From positions 1,184,001 to 1,248,000 of the forward strand of contig OZ244999.1 of assembly GCA_965223265.1 (NCBI GenBank): a stretch of DNA of 64,000 nucleotides. The letters are read 5' to 3'. Numbering within the stretch: position 1 is the first letter of the stretch; each line of letters begins with the position of its first letter. The DNA comes from Planctomycetota bacterium. Lineage in GTDB: Bacteria; Planctomycetota; UBA8108; SXIK01. Under the pieces are notes generated by a model. The model searched no databases. It saw only the letters and a program-made list of their open reading frames with translations, and had not been told where the DNA came from. This document shows positions 53,197 through 62,512 of this stretch, piece after piece. The position numbers and the translations under genes were made by a program.

Positions 53197-53592
53197 AGAT
53201 GATGCCGAACGCGTGGAAACGCAGGGGTGGACGGCGGTTGTAAGTTACCTAACGGGACACGTTCTTCTGCGGGCGTTTTTCGCTTTCCACACAGGTGGGA
53301 GACGTCTTGACCGGCGACGATCAAGATCCCGCGCTTGCGTTCTAATTGGTGTCGATGAGTCGCTGATCTTCGCGCGTCGTTTGGCGGGTTCGGCGCGGCT
53401 TGAGCCGACGGTCTTCCAGCTGACGGTGTCACCGACTCTCACAACCGTCGAGTCGAGCCCGCGCGGGAAAGACGGACGGCGGGATGTCCAAGATCTGAAG
53501 TAGTCGAGCTGGCGACCGCGCGGTAACATTGCGGGAGAAGGCTTTGGTCGGCCTTATGGTTAGGTTTTAACGAGGACAATCGGCGCACTGCT

Positions 53593-56172
53593 ATGTGCGG
53601 AAACTCCTTCTTACGCTTGGCTGTCGGCGTGGGGCTACTGGGATTCTCTGCCCTCGTTCCGAACGTTCAAGCTGACGAGTCCTATGGCCACGCTCCCGGA
53701 ACCGTGCCGTACGACTTCTCGGACAGGTTCTACAGGGCCCACGGCATCGATCCGGCCGGGCTCACCCTCCGCGTGACCGAACGAGGCGGCGGCGCGGGTG
53801 CCGTGATCGAAGGCAAGGCGCCTGATCCAACCCGCAGCAAAGTTCGCATCATCGCCACCAACGGCGGGTTCGACGCCGGTGGCGCGCTTCTTTTCTATCC
53901 GGATCCCCCCGCCTTCATCACGGAGGCCGCCTTCATGGACAACGCTGCGGGGCGTCACGCCCGGCAGCTCGCTGACCAGTTCCGCGCCTACATCTTTCCG
54001 CTGAAGGACGGCGATCCCTTCTCCCCGGCGCCGCCCAACCGTCGCCAGGACAACCTTTTCGATACCGGCCTCGGCTACCTGACTCACAACCCCCTCGGGC
54101 TGTGGACCCTGCAGTTCGTTGAATACACGGACGCAGCGCTCAACGGCGGCACATCCGAGCAGGATGCGCTCATGGCTGAGATGGAGGCCCGCAACGGCCT
54201 TGATCTTGACGGGACACCGGTGATACGGCGCAAGCATGAAGTCTTCGCGCTCGAGGAGGCAGGGCTGATCCATCTGTACACACGTGACAAGGAGACGTTC
54301 GAGAACGGACCGCCATGGGTCGTCTGACCGACTCTCATCGACCCCCGTGAGGGGTCAGTAGCCGCCGACGCGTTCTTGGTCCCGACCATTGATCAAGAGG
54401 TCATTGATAACTTTAACTGCCTGCAGGCGACCGGCGACTTCTGCGACTCGCGGCGCATTGAGTTGCAGCCGTTCGTGATGCAGCTGCCGCGGCTCGTGGA
54501 TGCCGATACCGCGACGGACCGGTTCGGCAACTCGATCCGAGTCGATGCGCTCCCGAACATGCCGTTTTCCAACTCGGGTCGGCCACACCAGCGCTTCGAA
54601 GAGTTTGCTCCGCAGAAGCTCTATGAGGTGCATGTTCGCCCGATGCCGTGGCGGTTTCACCCTGATCTCGCACCGAGCATGATCTGGGGTTACTCCGACT
54701 TGTCGCCTGGACCACTTTACAAGGCACGCTACGGTGCGCCGATCGTTGTGCGTCAGTACAACGACCTCAATCCCGGTGGCGACGGCACTGGTTTCGGTCG
54801 TCCCGAGACGATCACCCACCTGCACAACGCGCACACAGCTTCGGAATCCGACGGTTTTCCTGGCGATTTCTATCCGGGGCTGGAAAGCACAAACACCGAT
54901 GCCGGTCCTGACGCTCTCATGGGAACCGCTGACGACATCGACGTGGGAGCCGTCCACCCCGGTGAGGACTACATCATGGGGAATGAGGACGACTACCTGA
55001 CGGGAGCTGTCGGGGAGTTCCACGACTACCACTACGCAAACGTATTGGCCGGCGGCGATCCGAACGAAGCGCTCAACACGTTGTGGTACCACGATCACCG
55101 CGGCGACTTCACGGCCCAAAACGTCTACAAGGGCCTGATCGGGATGTATCTTCTGTTCGACGAAGTCGATTCCGGTGACGAGACAGATCCCAATCCGAAG
55201 GCACTTCGGCTACCAAGCGGCGACTACGACGTCCCGCTGGTGTTCGGCGACAAGTCGTTCGACGACACGCCCGACCACCAGTTGTTCATGGATGTGTTCA
55301 ACTTCGACGGGTTCCTCGGCAACCACGACACCGTCAACGGCGCCGTCGATCCCTACATGGAGGTCGACCGCCGCAAGTATCGCTTCCGGCTGCTGAACAC
55401 GGGACCGTCGCGATTCTATCAGTTCGTTCTCTCAAACGGTGAGCCGCTGGTGATGGTTGCCAATGACGGCAATCTTCTCAAACACCCGGTCAGAATGGAC
55501 GACGGCGTCAAAATCACCCCAGCTGAGCGCATGGACGTCATCATCGACTTCTCCGACACCGAAATCGGCGACACGATCTACCTGATCAACGTCATGGATC
55601 AGTGGCATGGCGCTGGACCGACTGGAATCGTTCTCGACGTTGACGAGGGCGATCCGGTCCTTGAGTTTCGAGTCACGGGCGACGCCCCGGATCCGAGTCG
55701 AGTGCCGAGAAAGCTTCGTGAACGCACCAAGATTCACGCCAGCGAAGTCGAACGAACGCGGCTGTTCGAGTTCGACAACCAAACGGACGGGTGGACGATC
55801 AACGGTCGACAGTTCGACGCCAATCGGGTCGATGAGGTGGTGCCACTCGGCGCGACGGAGGAATGGACCCTGCGGAACATGGCCGAGGATTGGGATCATC
55901 CCGTTCATATCCATCTCGAGGAGCATCAGATCGTCACGCGCAACGGCAAGAAGCCTCCGCAGCACGAGCGCGGTCGCAAGGATGTGACCGTCATCGGACC
56001 AGGGGAAGAAGTCGTGATCCGGATCAGGATACGCGACTGGACCGGTCGCTATCCGCTGCACTGTCACAACACAGTCCATGAGGATCACGCGATGCTCATT
56101 CGTTGGGACGTTGTCGATTTTGGTGACGGTGAAGACGACGACGGTGAGAGACGAGGAAGACGAAGTCGATGA
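53593..56172 (+). CDS. Secreted multicopper oxidase (bilirubin oxidase/CotA-like) with an N-terminal domain containing a putative selenocysteine (TGA 54325-54327, codon 245); 859 aa with readthrough
   Basis: ORFs 53593-54327 and 54376-56172 share a frame with only one TGA between them (GPPWVV-U-PTLIDPREG); Cu motifs HLH, WYHDH, HPVHIH, HCHNTVHEDHAM; SECIS-like hairpin downstream. Confidence 0.75.
54340..54356 (+). promoter_or_regulatory. Putative bacterial SECIS hairpin 1
   Basis: GACCCC-CGTGA-GGGGTC, stem begins after a 12-nt spacer from the TGA; loop G at +20. Confidence 0.72.
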
Positions 56173-56948
56173 GCACGACAGAGTCGTTCAGCGTTTCGAG
56201 CTTCCATGTCCGCGTCGCGATGTTCGGGCTTGTGGCACTGCTTGGAACGACGGTAGCGGCACTGTTCTCTTCCTGTACGCGCGTGTCGACAGCCGACAAC
56301 CCGTCGGAGACTTTGGGCGCGACAACTGAACTTGACCCGGCGGCCTACTACGATCCGCCCACTGTCGATGCGAAGCTTCCGAAGACGTTCACCCGCAGCA
56401 GAGCGGCGCCCGACTTTCCCAACGTCACGCTCATCGATCAGGATGGGAAGGAGGTGAAGTTCTACGATGACCTCGTCAAGGACAAGATCGTCGTCATTAA
56501 CTTCATGTTTGCGACCTGCCAGGGGACGTGACCTCTGACCACCGCGAACCTCGTGAAGGTTCGAGACAATTTGGGGGATCGATTCGGTGAAGACTTCTTC
56601 TTCGTATCGATCACGCTCCTTCCCTCAGAGGATTCGCCGGCGGTCCTCCGCCGATTCGCCGAGCGCTACGGGATTCCGGACAAGCCCGGTTGGACCTTCG
56701 TCACGGGTCGCCCGAGAGATATCGAGCTGTTGCGAAAACGTCTCGGCTTTTCCTACGTCGATCGGAAGCTCGATGCCGATCGCACCAATCACATCCGACT
56801 CGTCCTTGTGGGCAACGAACCCTACCGCTGGTGGGGGACGCTTCCTGGCGCGGATATGTCATCGAATCAGATCACGCAGTACCTCAAGTGGATGGACCCC
56901 GGGGTGTCGGGCATGAAGACGCCGCAGACGATCTCCCGGCGAGAGTAG
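56169..56948 (+). CDS. SCO1/SenC family copper chaperone, putative selenoprotein (CxxxU; TGA 56529-56531, codon 121); 259 aa
   Basis: 'FPNVTLIDQDGKEVKFYDDLVKDKIVVINFMFATCQGT-U-PLTTANL', then in frame 'FVSITL', 'GWTFVTG' and the conserved His in 'TNHI'. Confidence 0.88.
56545..56563 (+). promoter_or_regulatory. Putative bacterial SECIS hairpin 2
   Basis: CGAACCT-CGTGA-AGGTTCG, stem begins after a 13-nt spacer from the TGA; loop G at +22; same loop as hairpin 1. Confidence 0.8.
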
Positions 56949-56955
56949 ACGCGTC

Positions 56956-57660
56956 ATGCCTATTCTGATCAACAAAAAGTCCTGGTTGGGAGTGGGAGCG
57001 TTGGCGGCGCTAGCGCTCTGGTTCTGGCTCACTCCGGGTGCCGACCATAGTGAAAGCACCCGCGTGAATGAAGCCGCGCCGGATGCAGCAGGCGCACTGC
57101 GGCACGCAGAATCTGCAGAGAGCACGGTGACGGAGATCGCATCGACCGAGGCGCCGAACGAGCGTGGGAGCGACCCGGCGTGGAATCCCGGGGGCCCGAG
57201 CGAACCCACCGTCGAGGACGTTCAGCAGTGGGGATGGCTCGTGGATGACCTTGACCGGTTGATCGACGAGACCCGCCCCAAGGCACGCAGACGCCTCGAC
57301 GCCGGTGACTTCGCCAGGAAGTACCTACGGGCTAGCCTCGAGTACTTGAAGCTCGACGAAGAGGAAGGAGTGCGATTCGAGACGGCCGTGCGAGAGGGCT
57401 TGAAGGCCATCGAAGAGGCACGAGAAGAAATGCACAACGTTCGAGCGGCGACGGCGTACGAAGAAGCCCAGCCCCGTTCGATTCAGGTGTGGAAGGACAG
57501 CCAGGGTGAGTTCCTAAGACGGCAGAAGGAGGCGGCGCATCGCATCGTCGCATCCCTGCCCGTTCGGCCTCGCACGACTCTGATGCGGGAACAGGCGCTC
57601 AGGTGGATTCTCCGCTGCGACTTCGGAATCCGGCACGCAAGTCGCCCGCCGCGCCTTTAG
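56956..57660 (+). CDS. Hypothetical membrane-anchored helical protein, third gene of the MCO-SCO operon
   Basis: Starts 7 nt after the SCO stop; N-terminal TM 'WLGVGALAALALWFWL'. Confidence 0.65.
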   Translation: MPILINKKSWLGVGALAALALWFWLTPGADHSESTRVNEAAPDAAGALRHAESAESTVTEIASTEAPNERGSDPAWNPGGPSEPTVEDVQQWGWLVDDLDRLIDETRPKARRRLDAGDFARKYLRASLEYLKLDEEEGVRFETAVREGLKAIEEAREEMHNVRAATAYEEAQPRSIQVWKDSQGEFLRRQKEAAHRIVASLPVRPRTTLMREQALRWILRCDFGIRHASRPPRL

Positions 57661-57687
57661 GAGGCGTACCCTTGCTCCCCCGACAGA

Positions 57688-57873
57688 TCAGGCGGAGGCT
57701 CCACCGTCCACTGCGAGCGTCGCTCCGGAGACAGACGCCACACCAAGGGCGACGTTCTCGCCCTCGTTGGCGAAGAGAATCGCCGTGGCGCGTCCGATCC
57801 CCGAAGCTGCGCCAGTGACGCGGGCCGCCTGACCGTGTAGACGACCTTGATCGTTGGATTGGGCGTTGTTCAT
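57688..57873 (-). pseudogene. Short-chain dehydrogenase remnant with a large internal deletion
   Basis: 'VTGAASGIGRATAILFANEG' joined directly to the C-terminal 'SGATLAVDGG'. Confidence 0.75.
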
Positions 57874-58147
57874 CGAAGTTCCTGGAAGCTGGCTTGCGTC
57901 TCCTCGGCTGCGGGGAGAGCGCTGTGTCTATATCCCCATATTTCGCATCCTACCCTGGCGAAAGCACCACTATCCAGTCGCTGGAGTCTCACTTGCAAAC
58001 GTCTGACGCTGCTCTATGTTGTAGAGATTCAACAGACAACCGCTGGGCTGCTTTCGGGCTGTTTAATGTACGCTCCTCTCCCTACGGCCCGCCCGCCGCG
58101 GGGGAGCCTCTGCGAGAGTTACCGCCAATGGACAACGGAGAAACTCT

Positions 58148-59011
58148 ATGAGAACGCACATTCTATTGCTGGCAATCGCGATCGGTGGTTTTTCGCTGGG
58201 CACCCAAGCCGTTGTCCACGGCGACGACGCACTGAACGCACGGGTTGCGGCCGCATTGCCGACGGTTGAGGCAGTCGCCAAGGCGGCGAAGGCGGAGAAG
58301 ACCTATCTCGAAGTCGACGGTCGCCCTGCGTTTCTGATGCGTCCTCGAGGGAAGAAGCCATCGGCGCCGATGCCGTGGGTGTGGTACGCCCCGACGATCG
58401 GCGGACAGCCGAGGCCTGCCCACGTCTGGATGTTTCGGCGGTTCCTGGCCAAGGGCATCGCCATCGCCGGCATCGACGTCGGCGAATCGATGGGCAACCC
58501 CAAGGGCCGAGCTGTCTACAGCGCATTTCACAAGTTGCTCACCGAAAAGCACGGATTCGCGAAGAAGGCGAACCTCATGCCCCAAAGTCGCGGCGGGCTG
58601 ATGCTCTACAACTGGGCCGCCGAGAATCCTGACCACGTCGCGTGCCTCGCCGGCATCTACACCGTTTGCGACATGAGCGTTTGGCCAGGGCTCAAGCGCG
58701 CCGGGGTCGCGTACGAGATGAGTGAGAAGGAGCTCGCCGCGGTTTTGTCGAAGCACAATCCCATTGACCGACTGGCGCCTTTGGCCGAGGCCGGCGTCCC
58801 GATCCTGCACATCCATGGAGACAGCGACCGGCCCGTCCCCATCGAGCGAAACGCAGCCGAGTTGGTCAGGCGCTATCGAAAGCTAGGCGGCAAGGCCGAG
58901 CTCATCGTGGTCCCCGGCAAAGGACACGAAGAGGCAACGGAGATCTTCCAGCGCCAAGAGGTCGTTGACTTTGTGATCAAAAATGCACGGCGGGGCGAAG
59001 AGAAACGTTGA
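58148..59011 (+). CDS. Secreted alpha/beta hydrolase (S9-like)
   Basis: 'QSRGGL' nucleophile, 'HIHGDSD..VP', 'GKGH'. Confidence 0.85.
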   Translation: MRTHILLLAIAIGGFSLGTQAVVHGDDALNARVAAALPTVEAVAKAAKAEKTYLEVDGRPAFLMRPRGKKPSAPMPWVWYAPTIGGQPRPAHVWMFRRFLAKGIAIAGIDVGESMGNPKGRAVYSAFHKLLTEKHGFAKKANLMPQSRGGLMLYNWAAENPDHVACLAGIYTVCDMSVWPGLKRAGVAYEMSEKELAAVLSKHNPIDRLAPLAEAGVPILHIHGDSDRPVPIERNAAELVRRYRKLGGKAELIVVPGKGHEEATEIFQRQEVVDFVIKNARRGEEKR

Positions 59012-59120
59012 AGCGGAGATGGTACTTCGTGAGTCGACCAGTCCACCTTTAGCAGTCCGCTTTCTCGGCCGAATGACGTTTGAGCAGGCTGCTAGCCCGC
59101 GTAGGGCCATTCGGTCCACC

Positions 59121-59193
59121 AAAGTAGCAGGCACACGCCGTGTGCCGTGGCCTGACAAAAGCATGAACGGCACACGGCGTGTGCCTGCTATTT
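59121..59193. repeat. Palindromic intergenic repeat, complete copy
   Basis: AAAGTAGCAGGCACACGCCGTGTGCCGT-N18-ACGGCACACGGCGTGTGCCTGCTATTT. Confidence 0.85.
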
Positions 59194-59377
59194 TTGGGAC
59201 AGGAGTGCTTACGAGGATTCTCTAAGGTAGAAGAAAACGCCCAAAAGACCTCCCGGCAAACTCGTCCGGGCCAGGTCGACGCGAAGTGGCCATTTGTCCA
59301 CACGGCGCCGGTTTTCCATCCGATCTGGAGGTCAAAAGTGATCGACTTTCGATCTGCGATCGCCTTGCGTCGGTCGC

Positions 59378-60289
59378 ATGGTCGCGGAGGCTAAGTCGAC
59401 TCGCGTGAAGCATCGGTTTTATCTAACGATCGGAGCGATCTTCCGCGACGAGAATCCTTATTTTCGGGAGTGGATCGCCTTCCACCAATCGGTTGGTGTC
59501 GACCATTTTGTCCTCTACAACAACTGCAGTACGGACGCATCGCTCGAAACACTCAGGCCCTACGTTGACGCCGGCCTGGTAGAGATCGTCGACTGGCCAA
59601 TCCCGTTTCATCAGCGTGCGGTTGTCAAATCGTACGCTGACTGTCTCGACCGCGTCCGCGGAACGACCCGCTGGTTGGCTCTGATTGATCTCGACGAATT
59701 TCTCTTTTCCCCCAGCGACGGTACGTTGCCATCGGTGCTCGCCGAGTTCGAATTCGCGCCGGGAATCGTGGTCAACTGGCAGAATTACGGATCGGCTGGT
59801 CACGAGCGGATGACAGACGAGCCAGTGACGTCTCGATTTCAATGGCGCGCTCACACGAATTGGATTCGAAACCAGCGCGTCAAATCTATCTTTGATCCCG
59901 AACGCACCGTCGCGCCCATCAACGGTCATGTGTTTCGCTTCGAAGATGATGCGTTGGCAGTCAACGAACTGAAGCAGCGTATGCGAACCACTCGCTATCC
60001 GACGGTAAAGAAGCGGCTATTTCCTCTCATGCGGCTCCTTGGTCCCTGCCTAAGATGCGTCGACCCTTACGGCACCCAAGGGGTGGCAAGTCGTTGCGTC
60101 TCGGTTGACCGCTTGCGAATCAATCACTATCCGATCAAATCACGCCAAGAGTTTGATCGCAAAGCCAAATTGAAACAGGAGCTGCAAAGGTATCGGTTTG
60201 TCGATTACTTTGCCTACCATGATCGAAACGACGTGTTCGATCCGATTCTCGCCGAGTGGAGCGCCGTGCAGGTGGTGAGCGACGACTAA
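59378..60289 (+). CDS. Glycosyltransferase family 92 / DUF23-like protein
   Basis: 'AIFRDENPYFREWIAFH..GVDHFVLYNN.STD', 'DLDEF', 'INHY'. Confidence 0.85.
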   Translation: MVAEAKSTRVKHRFYLTIGAIFRDENPYFREWIAFHQSVGVDHFVLYNNCSTDASLETLRPYVDAGLVEIVDWPIPFHQRAVVKSYADCLDRVRGTTRWLALIDLDEFLFSPSDGTLPSVLAEFEFAPGIVVNWQNYGSAGHERMTDEPVTSRFQWRAHTNWIRNQRVKSIFDPERTVAPINGHVFRFEDDALAVNELKQRMRTTRYPTVKKRLFPLMRLLGPCLRCVDPYGTQGVASRCVSVDRLRINHYPIKSRQEFDRKAKLKQELQRYRFVDYFAYHDRNDVFDPILAEWSAVQVVSDD

Positions 60290-60377
60290 CCGCCGACCGT
60301 TTTTGCGTCGTCGCCGAAAAGATTTCTCGCTAGTGAGAGCGATTCTGGCGCCGTGGACTCTGTCGGGCGGCGACTGA

Positions 60378-60773
60378 TTAATCTGCCGCTTTCGGATGCG
60401 GCACGTGCTGGTCGACCAGAATCGGGTTGCCGTCCGGGTCGACAACCACAAAGCTCGCCGGTCCAGTCGTCGATTCGTCGGCGCGCGTCGTGATCTCGAC
60501 GCCACTGGTTTCTAAGCGACGTTGTAGATCTCGAACGTCCTGGAATTCCTTCGGATGATTCTCGGGGTCGTTCGACCAGCCCGGGTTGAAGGTCAAAATG
60601 TTCTTTTCGAACATGCCCTGGAAAAGCCCGATCGTACTGGTCGCGTTGCGAAGAATCAGCCAGTTCTGCGCCGCGTCACCACCAATTGTCTCGAAGCCGA
60701 GCCTTTCGTAGAATGCCTGAGACGCCGCCAGGTCTTTCACCGCCAAACTCACGGAGAATGCACCTAACTCCAT
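60378..60773 (-). CDS. VOC/glyoxalase family protein
   Basis: '[19 protein letters not shown]', '[12 protein letters not shown]'. Confidence 0.9.
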   Translation of the reverse strand: MELGAFSVSLAVKDLAASQAFYERLGFETIGGDAAQNWLILRNATSTIGLFQGMFEKNILTFNPGWSNDPENHPKEFQDVRDLQRRLETSGVEITTRADESTTGPASFVVVDPDGNPILVDQHVPHPKAAD

Positions 60774-60922
60774 TTTTTTGGGTCCTTTCGTCGATTGGTA
60801 TTCTCAGAGTAGGATTCACGCCTCCGGTCGAATCGCAAAGCCTTCCTTGCCACGATACGACTTACGGCTCCTCGCTACGGATTCTGGTAATGCGGGCTAG
60901 CAGGCAGGGGTTGGCGAGCAAG

Positions 60923-61471
60923 ATGAGAGATCAGAAAACTACAACTCGAGGGACTTTGAGAGTGGTGCGAGAGACAGCTGCACCGAGTCTCTCTCGTTCG
61001 CAGACGATTGTGGTTTATCAGGCTCAAGGCACTCGTGACGCAGTCGAGCAGCGTTTGCACTCGGCTCGCAGTTTGCGGGAATTCGCCGAACTGTCGCGAA
61101 CGTATGATTTCGACTCGAGGAGAGATCACTCCGCTCGCTTTCAGCTCGGTGATGAGTTCTATCTGCTGGTGGATCATAGCCGTGCTGTCAGTTGGGGATG
61201 GGTGGCTCGGGCACGTTCGTTCTACATTGAGGAGATCGATCGCACCGTAAACCTCGTAAGTACTCTCCTGTACGACTTCTTCACACCAGTCGAATTTCGC
61301 GGTAAGGGTTATTACTCGACCTTGCTGAAAGAAATGAGAAAGTGCGTGAACGATCGACGCCTCACAATCTTTGCTCTCGAGGACAACACTGCGTCGGTGA
61401 AGGGAATCCAGAGAGCGGGCTTCGGGAAGGTGGGGGACTTTCGTTGGTCGTCAGGTGCTTTCGTTCTCTGA
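60923..61471 (+). CDS. GNAT-like acetyltransferase (start approximate)
   Basis: 'TPVEFRGKGYY', 'NTASVKGIQRAGF'. Confidence 0.7.
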   Translation: MRDQKTTTRGTLRVVRETAAPSLSRSQTIVVYQAQGTRDAVEQRLHSARSLREFAELSRTYDFDSRRDHSARFQLGDEFYLLVDHSRAVSWGWVARARSFYIEEIDRTVNLVSTLLYDFFTPVEFRGKGYYSTLLKEMRKCVNDRRLTIFALEDNTASVKGIQRAGFGKVGDFRWSSGAFVL

Positions 61472-61542
61472 TCGTGGTATCGGCTGCTATTTCGCTGCGC
61501 TCTGATGATCCACCGTCCGCGTTCGCAGTTAGCAGGCCGAAT

Positions 61543-62454
61543 TCAGCGTGCCGCGAGTAGCTTGGTAGCCAACCCCACGTTCCGCAGTGAGAACGGTGAC
61601 GCCCGAAAGGCAGACCAGGCGTGCTTGCGAGCCACCTCGATATTTCCGGCACGCAGTGCCATGCTCGCCCACGTGCGGAGCGTGCTATCCCAAGACTCGT
61701 TGAAGGGGCCTGGCATTTGAAAGTCGCTGGGAAGCGATTTGCCGCAGCGACGATACGCGTCACTCACGGCGCGCCGTGAGCAGGAGAGCTGAAGTTCGCG
61801 TCGGCGGATGGTAGTGGATTTGCCGTGAACGCGACATCGCAGAAGCTGATCGTCAACGTTCGCTAACTGCCCGATTTCAGAAAGGCGAAGCCACAGATCG
61901 AGATCTTGAGCGCAAATGAACTCTTCTCGATAGGCGCCGACGCTGCGGAGCGACTGCGCACGCAACATAGCAGAGGGGTGCGGTATCGCGCCGCAACCGG
62001 TGAAGAGTTCAGCGACGATGTCATCATGAGACTGGGGAGGTTTGTGCTCGGCGAGCGGATCGCCGTCGGCGTCGATGAGCAGAAGTCTCGAACCGAGCGC
62101 GACGCACGTTGGGTGCTCGTGCATGAATTTGAGCTGAATTTTGAAACGGTGCCGTTCGGCGATGTCATCTGCATCCATCCGGGCGACAAACTCACCCCGC
62201 GCGAGGCTGACGCCTCGATTCAGAGAGTACGTCAGCCCTTTGTGTTTCTGGTCGATGAGCTGGATGCGTCGGTCCTGAGCCGCATACGAGCGACAGATTT
62301 TCAACGAGTCGTCAGTTGAGCCGTCGTTGACGATGATCCACTCGAAGTCTCTGTAAGATTGACAGAGAATACTCTCGACCGCTTCGGACAAATAGCGTGC
62401 GCCGTTAAAAACTGACATGACGACGCTGATCGAAGGTGCAGGTTTGGGCGTCAT
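61543..62454 (-). CDS. Glycosyltransferase family 2
   Basis: 'ISVVMSVFNG', 'VNDGSTD', 'ARMDADD', 'QDLDLW'. Confidence 0.92.
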   Translation of the reverse strand: MTPKPAPSISVVMSVFNGARYLSEAVESILCQSYRDFEWIIVNDGSTDDSLKICRSYAAQDRRIQLIDQKHKGLTYSLNRGVSLARGEFVARMDADDIAERHRFKIQLKFMHEHPTCVALGSRLLLIDADGDPLAEHKPPQSHDDIVAELFTGCGAIPHPSAMLRAQSLRSVGAYREEFICAQDLDLWLRLSEIGQLANVDDQLLRCRVHGKSTTIRRRELQLSCSRRAVSDAYRRCGKSLPSDFQMPGPFNESWDSTLRTWASMALRAGNIEVARKHAWSAFRASPFSLRNVGLATKLLAAR

Positions 62455-62512
62455 CTCGCTTCCCTTGACGATCAGTTCGGTTTCGCGCGTGCTGCGGTGC
62501 TGCCCAGGGACG

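Noticed and set aside
53593-56948. Genome-wide UGA reassignment (Trp or Gly) as the cause of the in-frame TGAs
   Set aside because: Many complete genes here end in TGA (e.g. at 346, 48088, 49617), TGG is common, and the SCO TGA aligns to a Cys position.
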